Source: a virus (Duplodnaviria > Caudoviricetes). From it: a stretch of 53,433 bases of DNA. The notes beneath the pieces are model-generated. The model saw only the letters and a program-made list of their open reading frames with translations. It was not told the origin of the DNA and ran no database searches. Positions 40,743 to 49,243 of the stretch are shown here, one piece after another; within the stretch, counting starts at the first letter, position 1; the number at the start of each line of letters is the position of its first letter. The DNA lies in the IMG/VR virus record IMGVR_UViG_3300030390_001591, positions 1-53,433 of that record. The stretch is one strand, 5' to 3'. Made by a program: the position numbers and the translations under genes.

Positions 40743-40778
40743 TTAACTGTGTACATTGCCTTAAAACTGTGGTACTGT
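40743..40778 (+). promoter_or_regulatory. Early promoter, copy 2 of the 32-bp repeat
   Basis: TGTACA-17bp-TACTGT; near-identical to 22146-22177 and followed by the same ACAAAGGAGA RBS. Confidence 0.8.
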
Positions 40779-40801
40779 GGTATCATACAAAGGAGATACT
40801 G

Positions 40802-40990
40802 ATGAACCTATTCACTCAAACAATCGCTAATCAAATCCCTACAGGTCTAGATCGTTACGATCAAATCTTCGCTGCTAAGAGACTCATCCTTGCATCAGAT
40901 TCTCCTATTCTAGCTACATGCAGAGAGACTCTAGAAGAAATCGAAGAAATCATCTTCCAACGAGACACAAAGGAATTAACAGATGCTTGA
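40802..40990 (+). CDS. Hypothetical early protein
   Basis: ATG at 40802 after AAAGGAGA. Confidence 0.7.
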   Translation: MNLFTQTIANQIPTGLDRYDQIFAAKRLILASDSPILATCRETLEEIEEIIFQRDTKELTDA

Positions 40991-41141
40991 TACAGAAACT
41001 CAGAAATTAGTAAAAGACTATCTTAACAAAGGTGGTAAAATCGTTAAATATCGTCCTGGATATGCTAAAACTGAACCTCGGCGTTTTAAATATTCTGTTG
41101 CAAATCAAGGCCGTAAAACAGTAACTTTGAAAGGTTATTAA
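40983..41141 (+). CDS. 52-aa basic protein with SutA-like RNAP-binding motif
   Basis: Not in ORF track; MLDTETQKLVKDYLNKGGKIVKYRPG...; AAGGA RBS; stop abuts the next ATG. Confidence 0.7.
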   Translation: MLDTETQKLVKDYLNKGGKIVKYRPGYAKTEPRRFKYSVANQGRKTVTLKGY

Positions 41142-41513
41142 ATGAAAGATAAGTATTCAATTAAATTTCTGCAAAAATGTGCAGAAGTACAAATCAAAAA
41201 AAGTAATGATTATCAAAACCCAAATTCTCGAGTAAAGCAGGCCGATTACTATCCTCGCGGCTGTGCTACTATTCTTGACACAATGGCTGCAAAAGTTCTT
41301 CGTATGCAATCTGTTCTTGAAGCTATGGAATTAGATCCAAATTACGTGCCAAATTTTGAGTCACTCGAAGATTCATGTGTTGATATTACCAACTACGCAT
41401 CCTTCTTTGCTGCCTATATGAATAGTGCTATTGATGGTCAGACTGATGAGCGTGATTTTTTAAATCGTCCTATAGCACTCAAAGGAAAACCAAATGAGAT
41501 CGTTCAGCCTTAA
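41142..41513 (+). CDS. Nucleotide-modification-associated domain protein (Nmad1/DUF1599-like)
   Basis: KKSNDY...K..R...ESLEDS.VDITNYA. Confidence 0.7.
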   Translation: MKDKYSIKFLQKCAEVQIKKSNDYQNPNSRVKQADYYPRGCATILDTMAAKVLRMQSVLEAMELDPNYVPNFESLEDSCVDITNYASFFAAYMNSAIDGQTDERDFLNRPIALKGKPNEIVQP

Positions 41514-41973
41514 AGATATAAATTTGATAGAACTCTTGGCAAAAGCAAAGGCTGAGAGTCAACTTATTTTTGACAAAGAGTCTACTCGAAAGGGTAGAAC
41601 TCTTAATGATATTACTGTTACTAATATGTACGGTCTTGCGGCTGAACAGTTTCTTATTGAAAAATGTAATTTCACCGATAATCCTTTACCATATCAGGAT
41701 GTAATATCTCCAGAAGGTATTGATGTTGAAGTAAAGGTGACGAAGGTTTTTAATTACATTCCCGATGTATTACGTCGTTTGAAAGAAAAGCGGAAAAAGT
41801 ACCCTAGTTTATATCAGCCTGATTGGGTTTTCATATATACCAATAATAAAAAAACCCGCGAATACGTATTTGCTGGCACATACAAATGGAATGGTAACAC
41901 ATATGTTACTAAAGATTGGTCTTTAGAAATTGATAGAGAATTTCTTGCTAACTATGGAGGAGCAAATAATTGA
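41494..41973 (+). CDS. Putative PD-(D/E)XK-fold nuclease
   Basis: G.AAE...YQDV......VEVK catalytic spacing. Confidence 0.55.
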   Translation: MRSFSLKDINLIELLAKAKAESQLIFDKESTRKGRTLNDITVTNMYGLAAEQFLIEKCNFTDNPLPYQDVISPEGIDVEVKVTKVFNYIPDVLRRLKEKRKKYPSLYQPDWVFIYTNNKKTREYVFAGTYKWNGNTYVTKDWSLEIDREFLANYGGANN

Positions 41974-42329
41974 AATCTGGAAAAGTCTGGGGAATGACTG
42001 AACTTATTGAAGCTAATGGTACTTTAGAATTTCATCGTATTGAAATGGAAGCTACAGGAGTATGTTCAAAACATCTTCATGAATATAAATGGAATGGCTT
42101 TTATATTGAGTCAGGTATAATGCTTGTACGCGTATGGCAAAATGATTACGATTTAATTGATGAAACTGTTTTACAAGCCGGTGAATATACCAAAGTTAAA
42201 CCAGGTGTTTATCATCAATTTGAATGTATTGAACCTGGTGTAGCTTTTGAGTTATATTGGGCTGAGTTTAACCACAACGATATCATAAGAGAAACTGTAG
42301 GGAGATCAGACAATGAGGGAATTTATTAA
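41970..42329 (+). CDS. Cupin-fold protein (sugar isomerase-like)
   Basis: KVWG, CSKHLH, PGVYHQF; TTG start with GGAGG. Confidence 0.8.
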   Translation: MKSGKVWGMTELIEANGTLEFHRIEMEATGVCSKHLHEYKWNGFYIESGIMLVRVWQNDYDLIDETVLQAGEYTKVKPGVYHQFECIEPGVAFELYWAEFNHNDIIRETVGRSDNEGIY

Positions 42330-42618
42330 TGATGCTTGGAACAGCGTCATGGATGCAAATATTAATCCTTTAAAGAATATACCCAATCTTCAAGTTAGAC
42401 ATTTGATTATGCAAATACTGGCTTGGATGTGGGTTTCCGTGTGCTCTATGTACATAGGAAGTATTATGTTTTGGGGTATTAATGCAATTGTTCATACATT
42501 ATTATTAGCAGCAATTGTGATTACAGTCGGCACATTTGATACTGCAAAGCGCAATCCTAAACTTTTCAATAGAATTGACGGGTATAATGGCCGCAGAAAT
42601 AATGGAGAACACGACTAG
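42313..42618 (+). CDS. Small membrane protein
   Basis: Two hydrophobic segments after NPLKNIP. Confidence 0.7.
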   Translation: MREFINDAWNSVMDANINPLKNIPNLQVRHLIMQILAWMWVSVCSMYIGSIMFWGINAIVHTLLLAAIVITVGTFDTAKRNPKLFNRIDGYNGRRNNGEHD

Positions 42619-43025
42619 TGAAAATAGGATTTACTTGTAGTACTTTTGATTTACTTCATGCTGGACATGTATCTATGCTCAGAGAAGCAAAGTCGCAATG
42701 CGACTATTTGATTTGTGGTCTGCAAGTAAATCCTAATGTTGATCGTAAAGAAAAGAACTCTCCAATACAAAATATTGTGGAAAGGCAAGTACAGCTTTCC
42801 GCAATAAAATATGTTGATGAGGTCATTATTTATTGTACAGAAGCCGATTTACTTGATATAATAAACATGTATCCAATTAATGTTAGGATACTTGGTGAAG
42901 AGTACAGAAGCAAGGATTTTACCGGTAAAGATGAATGCCGTAACCGTGGAATTGATTTGTATTTTAACAAACGTGATCATCGCTTTTCAACTAGCGATCT
43001 AAGAAAGAGAGTATGCGAACAATGA
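42618..43025 (+). CDS. Cytidylyltransferase (TagD/glycerol-3-phosphate CT-like)
   Basis: FDLLHAGH, YVDEV, RDHRFSTS. Confidence 0.9.
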   Translation: MKIGFTCSTFDLLHAGHVSMLREAKSQCDYLICGLQVNPNVDRKEKNSPIQNIVERQVQLSAIKYVDEVIIYCTEADLLDIINMYPINVRILGEEYRSKDFTGKDECRNRGIDLYFNKRDHRFSTSDLRKRVCEQ

Positions 43026-43711
43026 AAATGAATTCAATATTAGATATTCGTCAATACTTTGTTGATGAACTAAATAGTGAGTCATATACTATTGATAAAA
43101 CTGGCGCACGAACTATTGAGTTAATCGGTGCTTCATTTAAAGCTGATGCTCCATCGATTTTTGGCACGCCATCACACTCTTATATTCGAAAAGAATTAGA
43201 TTGGTATGAAAGCCAATCAACTAATATCTTTGATATTAATAAAGAGTCTGGTGGAGATGCTCCAGCTGCTTGGAAATATGCGGCTAACACTCATGGTGAA
43301 ATTAATTCAAACTATGGACATCTAATCTATGCTAATAAATATTTTGATCAATATCAAAATGCATTATCTGAATTAGATAAAAATCCTGATGGTAGACGTG
43401 CTTCTATGATCTACAATCGGCCTTCAATTTGGGTGGAGTTTAACGAAAATGGAAAATCTGATTTCATTTGTACTAACGCTGTCACTTACTATATTCGTGA
43501 TAATTTACTTCATTGTGTAGTCCAAATGCGGTCTAATGATGTAGTATTTGGCTATAAGAATGATTATGCTTGGCAACGACATGTCCAAAATAAATTAGTA
43601 GAAGATTTAAATAATATCTATAGAGTTAAAGATCCGGTTATTGCTGGCACAATGATATGGCAATGCCAAAATCTTCACGTATATGAAAGGCATTTTAATC
43701 TTGTTACATAA
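43022..43711 (+). CDS. gp42: dCMP hydroxymethylase (T4 gp42-like)
   Basis: DKTG.TIE.IGASF.AD, ELDWY, GEINSNYG, SDFICTN, MRSNDVVFGYKNDYAWQ, LHVYERHF; Asp at the C/U specificity site. Confidence 0.9.
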   Translation: MKMNSILDIRQYFVDELNSESYTIDKTGARTIELIGASFKADAPSIFGTPSHSYIRKELDWYESQSTNIFDINKESGGDAPAAWKYAANTHGEINSNYGHLIYANKYFDQYQNALSELDKNPDGRRASMIYNRPSIWVEFNENGKSDFICTNAVTYYIRDNLLHCVVQMRSNDVVFGYKNDYAWQRHVQNKLVEDLNNIYRVKDPVIAGTMIWQCQNLHVYERHFNLVT

Positions 43712-44162
43712 TACTGATCGTCAACATAAATGGGATCTAAGATATTTAGAGCTGGCTAAAACTATTGCTGGATGGTCTAAAGATCCTTCAAGTCAGATCG
43801 GAGCTATTGCTGTAGGTTCAAAGGGACAAGTCTTAGCTCAAGGATATAATGGATTTCCACGTGGTATGGTTGACAGCACTAACTTGTATGAAAATCGAGA
43901 AGAAAAATATGCTCGAATTGTTCATGCTGAAATGAATATGATTTACAATGCTTCATTCAATGGAGTATGTTTGAATAAATCTACTGTTTATGTCTCAGGT
44001 CTTCCTACTTGTTCGGATTGTGCCAAAGGTCTTATTCAGGTTGGTGTTACTGAACTGGTTATGCCACAACAAAAGATTGTTGAAAAATGGTATGACTCAT
44101 GGCAAAGATCTAAGTCATATTACAAAGAAGCTGGTCTTAAATACCGATGGGTAACAATATGA
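43683..44162 (+). CDS. cd: dCMP deaminase
   Basis: SKDPS, GYNGFPRG, HAE, PTCSDC. Confidence 0.92.
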   Translation: MKGILILLHNTDRQHKWDLRYLELAKTIAGWSKDPSSQIGAIAVGSKGQVLAQGYNGFPRGMVDSTNLYENREEKYARIVHAEMNMIYNASFNGVCLNKSTVYVSGLPTCSDCAKGLIQVGVTELVMPQQKIVEKWYDSWQRSKSYYKEAGLKYRWVTI

Positions 44163-45127
44163 AAGTCATAACAAATCCTATTAATAATATCCCAGTAAAT
44201 GCCAAATCACATACTCTTGGTTGGGCTCAACTTTGGCGAGATCAACTTGGCGCTTACATAGATAATAAATGCACGCCAAATGTTAGAAAAGCTAGTACTG
44301 TTTATATTGATCATGGAGCTAACTTTGGGGGAACGTTAAATCTATTTGGCGGTGCCAATAAAGAAGTTTATGATAAGTTGAATATAATTGCATCGTGTAA
44401 AGATGTAGTCTCACTTGATTGGGACATGCCTGATTATGGAGCTATGTTAAAGAAAAGACTGAGTGCTAAGACTACATACGAAGGAATTACTGAAGACTGG
44501 TGTGATTTACTATCTAAAAGGTTTAAAAATGTTAAATCACTTAAACAACAAGAATTGGATTTAAATAATGTCATTGTCGGAGATAGCCATACTTTGTCTT
44601 TTTGCGATCGGGGTGATATGGTGTTTCGTAATGATGGTAAAACTCTTCATGGCGCTCTTAAAGCCGGCCTTTCTAGTCTTATTCGTGATAATAATATACG
44701 CTATAACCGTATCACTTTCTGTTTAGGATCTATTGATATTCGTCATCATTTATTACGACATGAATTAAATATTGACGTTTTAATAGATTCTTATTATGAG
44801 CAAGCTATGAAATATAGTAGTGATTCAACAGATGTTTGGTTTACTGCTCCAGTACCAGTAGAATTTGAGGGTCGACGCATTCCTAAATCTGGCTTTTTTA
44901 AAAAAGAACCGTTTTACGGTAGCTGCGAACAGCGTAGAGATGTTACAGATATGTTTATAGCAGCTTTGCATAAACGAACTAGTAATGTTGTACAACCACC
45001 AGCTGATTGGTATAGCATGGATTCTCAAAAATATGCTGAAACTTATATGGAGCATGGTAGTAGTTTTCATATAGCTCCACCATTTTATAGAAAAAACAAT
45101 TGGGGAGCGACAGTTTTTGCCACATAA
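44159..45127 (+). CDS. Uncharacterised two-domain protein with C-terminal SGNH-like motifs
   Basis: VIVGDSH, LGSID, late SFH; ATGA-coupled. Confidence 0.55.
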   Translation: MKVITNPINNIPVNAKSHTLGWAQLWRDQLGAYIDNKCTPNVRKASTVYIDHGANFGGTLNLFGGANKEVYDKLNIIASCKDVVSLDWDMPDYGAMLKKRLSAKTTYEGITEDWCDLLSKRFKNVKSLKQQELDLNNVIVGDSHTLSFCDRGDMVFRNDGKTLHGALKAGLSSLIRDNNIRYNRITFCLGSIDIRHHLLRHELNIDVLIDSYYEQAMKYSSDSTDVWFTAPVPVEFEGRRIPKSGFFKKEPFYGSCEQRRDVTDMFIAALHKRTSNVVQPPADWYSMDSQKYAETYMEHGSSFHIAPPFYRKNNWGATVFAT

Positions 45128-46016
45128 TAATCACGTAGTTGACTTAATCAATAAAGACTATCCTTTCCCTTGGAGTAGTCCCGAGGATACTAAGGAACAT
45201 TATTTAGAATTAGCTAAGGATTGGGAAGATCCTTATGGCCCTCCTGTTATTAAAAAGCATGAGGGCATTCGTGTTGTTAGAGATGACTACTTAGTCGGTA
45301 GTAAGGTTCGAGGTGGGGACTGTCTTATATCTTCTTTACCGAAAAATATAGACACTATTGTTTATGTTCAACCACGGACTGGATTAGCTGGGGTGAGTAT
45401 TCTTGATGTAGCAAAAAGACACAATTTAAAAGTTAAACTCTTTATGCCTTCATCGAAAAAAATATCACCGCATCAGGCTTGTTGTATTGAACGCGGAGCA
45501 ATAGTAGAATTTCATAGAATTGCTGCTATGCCTAATTTAAATGCCATTGCAAAGAAATGGTCTGACGAGCGATCTAATTGTTTCTTTGTTCCACTCGGAT
45601 TAAAGCATGAATTAGTCACAGCCGGAATCGTTAAAGTTGCGTCAAAGATCGATCCACCTGACGAGGTTTATACTGCCACGTCCACGGGCGTGCTCACACG
45701 GGGGCTTCAAATTGCTTGGCCAAATGCTAAGTTTACATCAGTTTGTGTGTCAAGAAATATGAAAGCCGGAGAGCTTGGCATTGCTGAGGCAATATCCGAG
45801 CCATTAGCATTTACTGCCTCTGAGAAAAAAGATAAGCTTCCACCATTTCCTAATATAAGTACTTATGATGGAAAAGCCTGGAAGTACATTCCAAAGAATT
45901 CAAACAAAGATATTTTATTTTGGAATGTAGGTGCTGAACCACCACTAAGCCGTTGGGCTATTATCGATGAAACAAATTCTTATAAGAAGTGGCCAAAAGA
46001 TGAGCTGGTTGAATGA
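45117..46016 (+). CDS. PLP-dependent fold-type-II enzyme
   Basis: VVRDD...GSKVRG (PLP lysine), STGVL phosphate loop, TYDGKAW, LFWNVG. Confidence 0.75.
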   Translation: MPHNNHVVDLINKDYPFPWSSPEDTKEHYLELAKDWEDPYGPPVIKKHEGIRVVRDDYLVGSKVRGGDCLISSLPKNIDTIVYVQPRTGLAGVSILDVAKRHNLKVKLFMPSSKKISPHQACCIERGAIVEFHRIAAMPNLNAIAKKWSDERSNCFFVPLGLKHELVTAGIVKVASKIDPPDEVYTATSTGVLTRGLQIAWPNAKFTSVCVSRNMKAGELGIAEAISEPLAFTASEKKDKLPPFPNISTYDGKAWKYIPKNSNKDILFWNVGAEPPLSRWAIIDETNSYKKWPKDELVE

Positions 46017-47019
46017 AGAAGCCCTAGACATTTTTGTCGACTACTATTATCCAAAAGCAAAGTGGTTGCAAAATAATGTTAATTGGGGTCCATTAGATTA
46101 TGAAGGACCAGAAGCTGCAAAAGCTATTGATGATCCTTTAATGCAAAAGATTGACATATATGACTGCTTTACTCGTAATGCAGCAGGATTTTCTAATGTA
46201 CTTCAGGATCTTAGATTTGGATCTAAAACTCCAAAATGGAGATGGCAGGATAAAGATCGAAGAGAATTGAATACTAAAAATGATTTGATTAAGTGGGATA
46301 CAAAAACTTGGATGTATGTGTTCCTAAGTCATCGGGTTACAGGGTCTGGAGCTTCATTTGAAAGTGATCATGGATATAGAAATAATATTATTCAACACTG
46401 GGGAAAGCATCGAGATATTAAAGATATGGCCGAGGACTTGGTAAGCTTTAAAGCTACTGGTAAACCTCTTTTTACATCAATCGGCAATCAACCACCTGCT
46501 CCAAAAAAGGGAGTATCAAACGTAGATTTCCTTTCTAAAGAGCTTCCCGAAGTTATAGATAGATTAGGTGACTGGCTTGTACAGCGCAAAAGAGGACACA
46601 AAGAAATTGTAGACTTTTTAAATGTTTATAACAAGTCTGCCGGTCATAGAAAATTCAATTTCCAATACGCAGCCTTTTCAATGGATTGTTCTGATTACTT
46701 TCCAGAACACGTTGATGTTGATAGCCATACATACTTAGGTAATAATGCAGTTCGATGCATGAAGAAATTATCTGGGGGTTGGAAACCAGATAATTTTATG
46801 GATTTATTGAGAGAAAAAACGGGTGGAAAACCAAAAGATTTAGAAGATGTAATGTGTGACTTTGTGCGGTTTGGACAAAATTATGTTCCTCGAGGAAACG
46901 GAACCTTCGATCATATACCATCAACGTTAGCAAATAATTCGAGGTGGCATTCTGGCTGGGAACAACGGCAAGGTGTGCCACCTCAAAAAGGTATACAATT
47001 AGAGGATTTTATGGTATAA
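46000..47019 (+). CDS. 5-hmdU DNA kinase-like / aGPT-Pplase helical-domain protein
   Basis: N-terminal DDPLM...YD..TR and C-terminal YLGNNA...DLEDVMCDFVRF resemble the family's DPIL...N..R and G.GA...D.E..LCEF.KY patterns (divergent). Confidence 0.55.
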   Translation: MSWLNEEALDIFVDYYYPKAKWLQNNVNWGPLDYEGPEAAKAIDDPLMQKIDIYDCFTRNAAGFSNVLQDLRFGSKTPKWRWQDKDRRELNTKNDLIKWDTKTWMYVFLSHRVTGSGASFESDHGYRNNIIQHWGKHRDIKDMAEDLVSFKATGKPLFTSIGNQPPAPKKGVSNVDFLSKELPEVIDRLGDWLVQRKRGHKEIVDFLNVYNKSAGHRKFNFQYAAFSMDCSDYFPEHVDVDSHTYLGNNAVRCMKKLSGGWKPDNFMDLLREKTGGKPKDLEDVMCDFVRFGQNYVPRGNGTFDHIPSTLANNSRWHSGWEQRQGVPPQKGIQLEDFMV

Positions 47020-47840
47020 TGACTAAGAAATTAAAAATATCCGTGATCGGCTGTGGGTTTGTAGGCACAGCTGTTATTAATGGTTTTAATAAAACACTAT
47101 GTGATATTGCACCAATCGATATCAAATACAGTACTACAGTATCAGACACTGATTCATTTTGTGATGTATTTTTTGTATGTTTACCTACACCCATGAATAA
47201 TGATGGATCTGTTAATGCTGCACTTGTAATTGAAACTGTTAAATGGTTAACGCTTAATAGGGCTGGACATATTGTAATAAAATCAACAGTCACGCCTGAT
47301 ATTATAGATAAACTTTCTGGTGATAGGGTAGTTTATAATCCAGAATTTTTAAATGAAGTATCTGCTAACGAAGACTTCATTAATCCACCAATGCATATAT
47401 TTGGCGGGCATATTAAAGACACAAATAATATTGAGAAAATATATAAAAAATATAGTAAATGTAAACCTTGCCCATGCCACCATGTGACATTAAAAGAAGC
47501 AAGTTTTATTAAATATGGAATCAATTGTTTCCTTGCTACAAAAGTATTATGGTTCAATCAATTCTATAATATAATACAAAAACATGATTGTAATTTTGAT
47601 GAGATTACTTATGCAATGAGATCAGATCCAAGGATTGGTAATTCTCATACAAGTGTTCCAGGATTTGATGGCAAAATGGGTTTTGGTGGAGCCTGTTTTC
47701 CAAAAGACACTTCAGCATTTTTAGATTTTGCAATCTCGTTTTCAGTCCTAGATGAGGTAATACAAGCAAATAATAAGATTAGATCTGAATATACGAAAGA
47801 TAAAAGAGAGCTTGAACAAAATGTCTCTTTTAGTAAATAA
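47019..47840 (+). CDS. UDP-glucose/GDP-mannose dehydrogenase-family protein
   Basis: GCGFVG, VCLPTP, IKSTV, NPEFL, GFGGACFPKD; lacks the usual C-terminal domain. Confidence 0.9.
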   Translation: MTKKLKISVIGCGFVGTAVINGFNKTLCDIAPIDIKYSTTVSDTDSFCDVFFVCLPTPMNNDGSVNAALVIETVKWLTLNRAGHIVIKSTVTPDIIDKLSGDRVVYNPEFLNEVSANEDFINPPMHIFGGHIKDTNNIEKIYKKYSKCKPCPCHHVTLKEASFIKYGINCFLATKVLWFNQFYNIIQKHDCNFDEITYAMRSDPRIGNSHTSVPGFDGKMGFGGACFPKDTSAFLDFAISFSVLDEVIQANNKIRSEYTKDKRELEQNVSFSK

Positions 47841-47843
47841 CTA

Positions 47844-47872
47844 TTTACATTATTTCTATTTCATGTTATAAT
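47844..47872 (+). promoter_or_regulatory. Early/middle promoter for uvsX
   Basis: TTTACA-17bp-TATAAT. Confidence 0.8.
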
Positions 47873-47897
47873 AAGCCTATAATCAAAGGAGATATAA

Positions 47898-48953
47898 ATG
47901 GCGTCCATTATGGATAAACTCAAAAAGAATTCTAAGCTCAAATCAACAGAAATTTTGTCAGAGTCTAAATTCTTCAACGAAAAAGAAATGATTGCTACCG
48001 ACGTACCGATGGTCAATGTGGCCTTATCAGGATCAGTTGATGGTGGTATGTCGCCGGGATTGACAGTGCTAGCTGGTCCATCTAAGCATTTCAAAACTTC
48101 CTTTGCTTTACTTATGGCAGGGGCATATCTCAGGAAGAAAAAAGATGCTGTCATGTTGTTTTACGATTCAGAATTTGGTTCACCTCAAGCATACTTTGAA
48201 CAATTTGGTATTGATACTTCGCGGGTTCTTCACACGCCAATTACTAACGTCGAAGAACTAAAATTTGATCTCGTTAATCAACTCGAAGGTCTAGATGCTA
48301 AAGATGATGTTATTGTAGTTATCGACTCAATTGGTAACCTTGCATCAAAGAAAGAATTGGAAGATGCTCAGAATGAAAAGTCTGTAGCTGATATGTCTCG
48401 TGCTAAACAGCTAAAGAGTTTGTTTAGAATGTGTACTCCATATCTTGCTATGAAAAATATTATTATGTTGGCTATTAACCACACATACCAAGAGATTGGA
48501 TTATTTCCTAAAGCAATCGTTTCTGGCGGTACTGGCATCTACTATAGTGCTAATAATATTTGGATCCTCGGTCGACGTCAAAACAAAACTGGCACTGAAG
48601 TAACTGGTTATGATTTTGTTATTAACATTGAAAAGTCTCGCTTTGTAAAAGAAAAGTCTAAGATCCCTGTTACTGTATCATGGGAAGGTGGCGTTGAAAC
48701 ATATTCAGGTTTGCTAGATGTTGCGATGGCTGGTGGCTATGTAGTTAAACCAAGTAATGGTTGGTATTCTGCTGTCGATATGAGTAATGGTGAAATCTCT
48801 GATAAGAAGGTTCGGCAAAGTGGAACTCTTGAAAAAGAATTCTGGGATCCTATCTTTACTAACACAGACTTTAAAGACTTTATAAAAAAGCAGTTCACTA
48901 TTGGCTACAAATCTGATATAGATATGGATGAGCTTATAGAGATGGAAGCATAA
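47898..48953 (+). CDS. uvsX: RecA-like recombinase UvsX
   Basis: AGPSKHFKT, FYDSEFG, IDSIGNLASKKE, SGGTG. Confidence 0.97.
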   Translation: MASIMDKLKKNSKLKSTEILSESKFFNEKEMIATDVPMVNVALSGSVDGGMSPGLTVLAGPSKHFKTSFALLMAGAYLRKKKDAVMLFYDSEFGSPQAYFEQFGIDTSRVLHTPITNVEELKFDLVNQLEGLDAKDDVIVVIDSIGNLASKKELEDAQNEKSVADMSRAKQLKSLFRMCTPYLAMKNIIMLAINHTYQEIGLFPKAIVSGGTGIYYSANNIWILGRRQNKTGTEVTGYDFVINIEKSRFVKEKSKIPVTVSWEGGVETYSGLLDVAMAGGYVVKPSNGWYSAVDMSNGEISDKKVRQSGTLEKEFWDPIFTNTDFKDFIKKQFTIGYKSDIDMDELIEMEA

Positions 48954-49243
48954 TGCAATATGTTGAAAATAAAGATTATGAATTTATTCCAGGAAAAAAT
49001 GATGATTGGCAAATTAGATTTTTAACCGGAGACTTTATGGAAAGTGTTATACAATACGGCACTATTCGTATGGAAGATGGTGAACAGATGACGTTTGATT
49101 TTCATGTAGAAAATAGTCCAGATGAAACATTAAATTCAGAAAATGAAGAATTACAAAAACATGCCGGTGACATTTTGATTTCTATTATTGAAGATGCCAT
49201 TGAAAATAAAGCAAGTGATTTACACATTAATGAGGTAAAATAG
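48953..49243 (+). CDS. gp40-like small protein
   Basis: Position between uvsX and gp41; I.F..G.F...I.YG...FDF pattern. Confidence 0.55.
   Translation: MQYVENKDYEFIPGKNDDWQIRFLTGDFMESVIQYGTIRMEDGEQMTFDFHVENSPDETLNSENEELQKHAGDILISIIEDAIENKASDLHINEVK

Noticed and set aside
43022-43711. Annotation as ordinary thymidylate synthase
   Set aside because: Asp at the specificity position, close match to T4 gp42 motifs, and a separate ThyX is present
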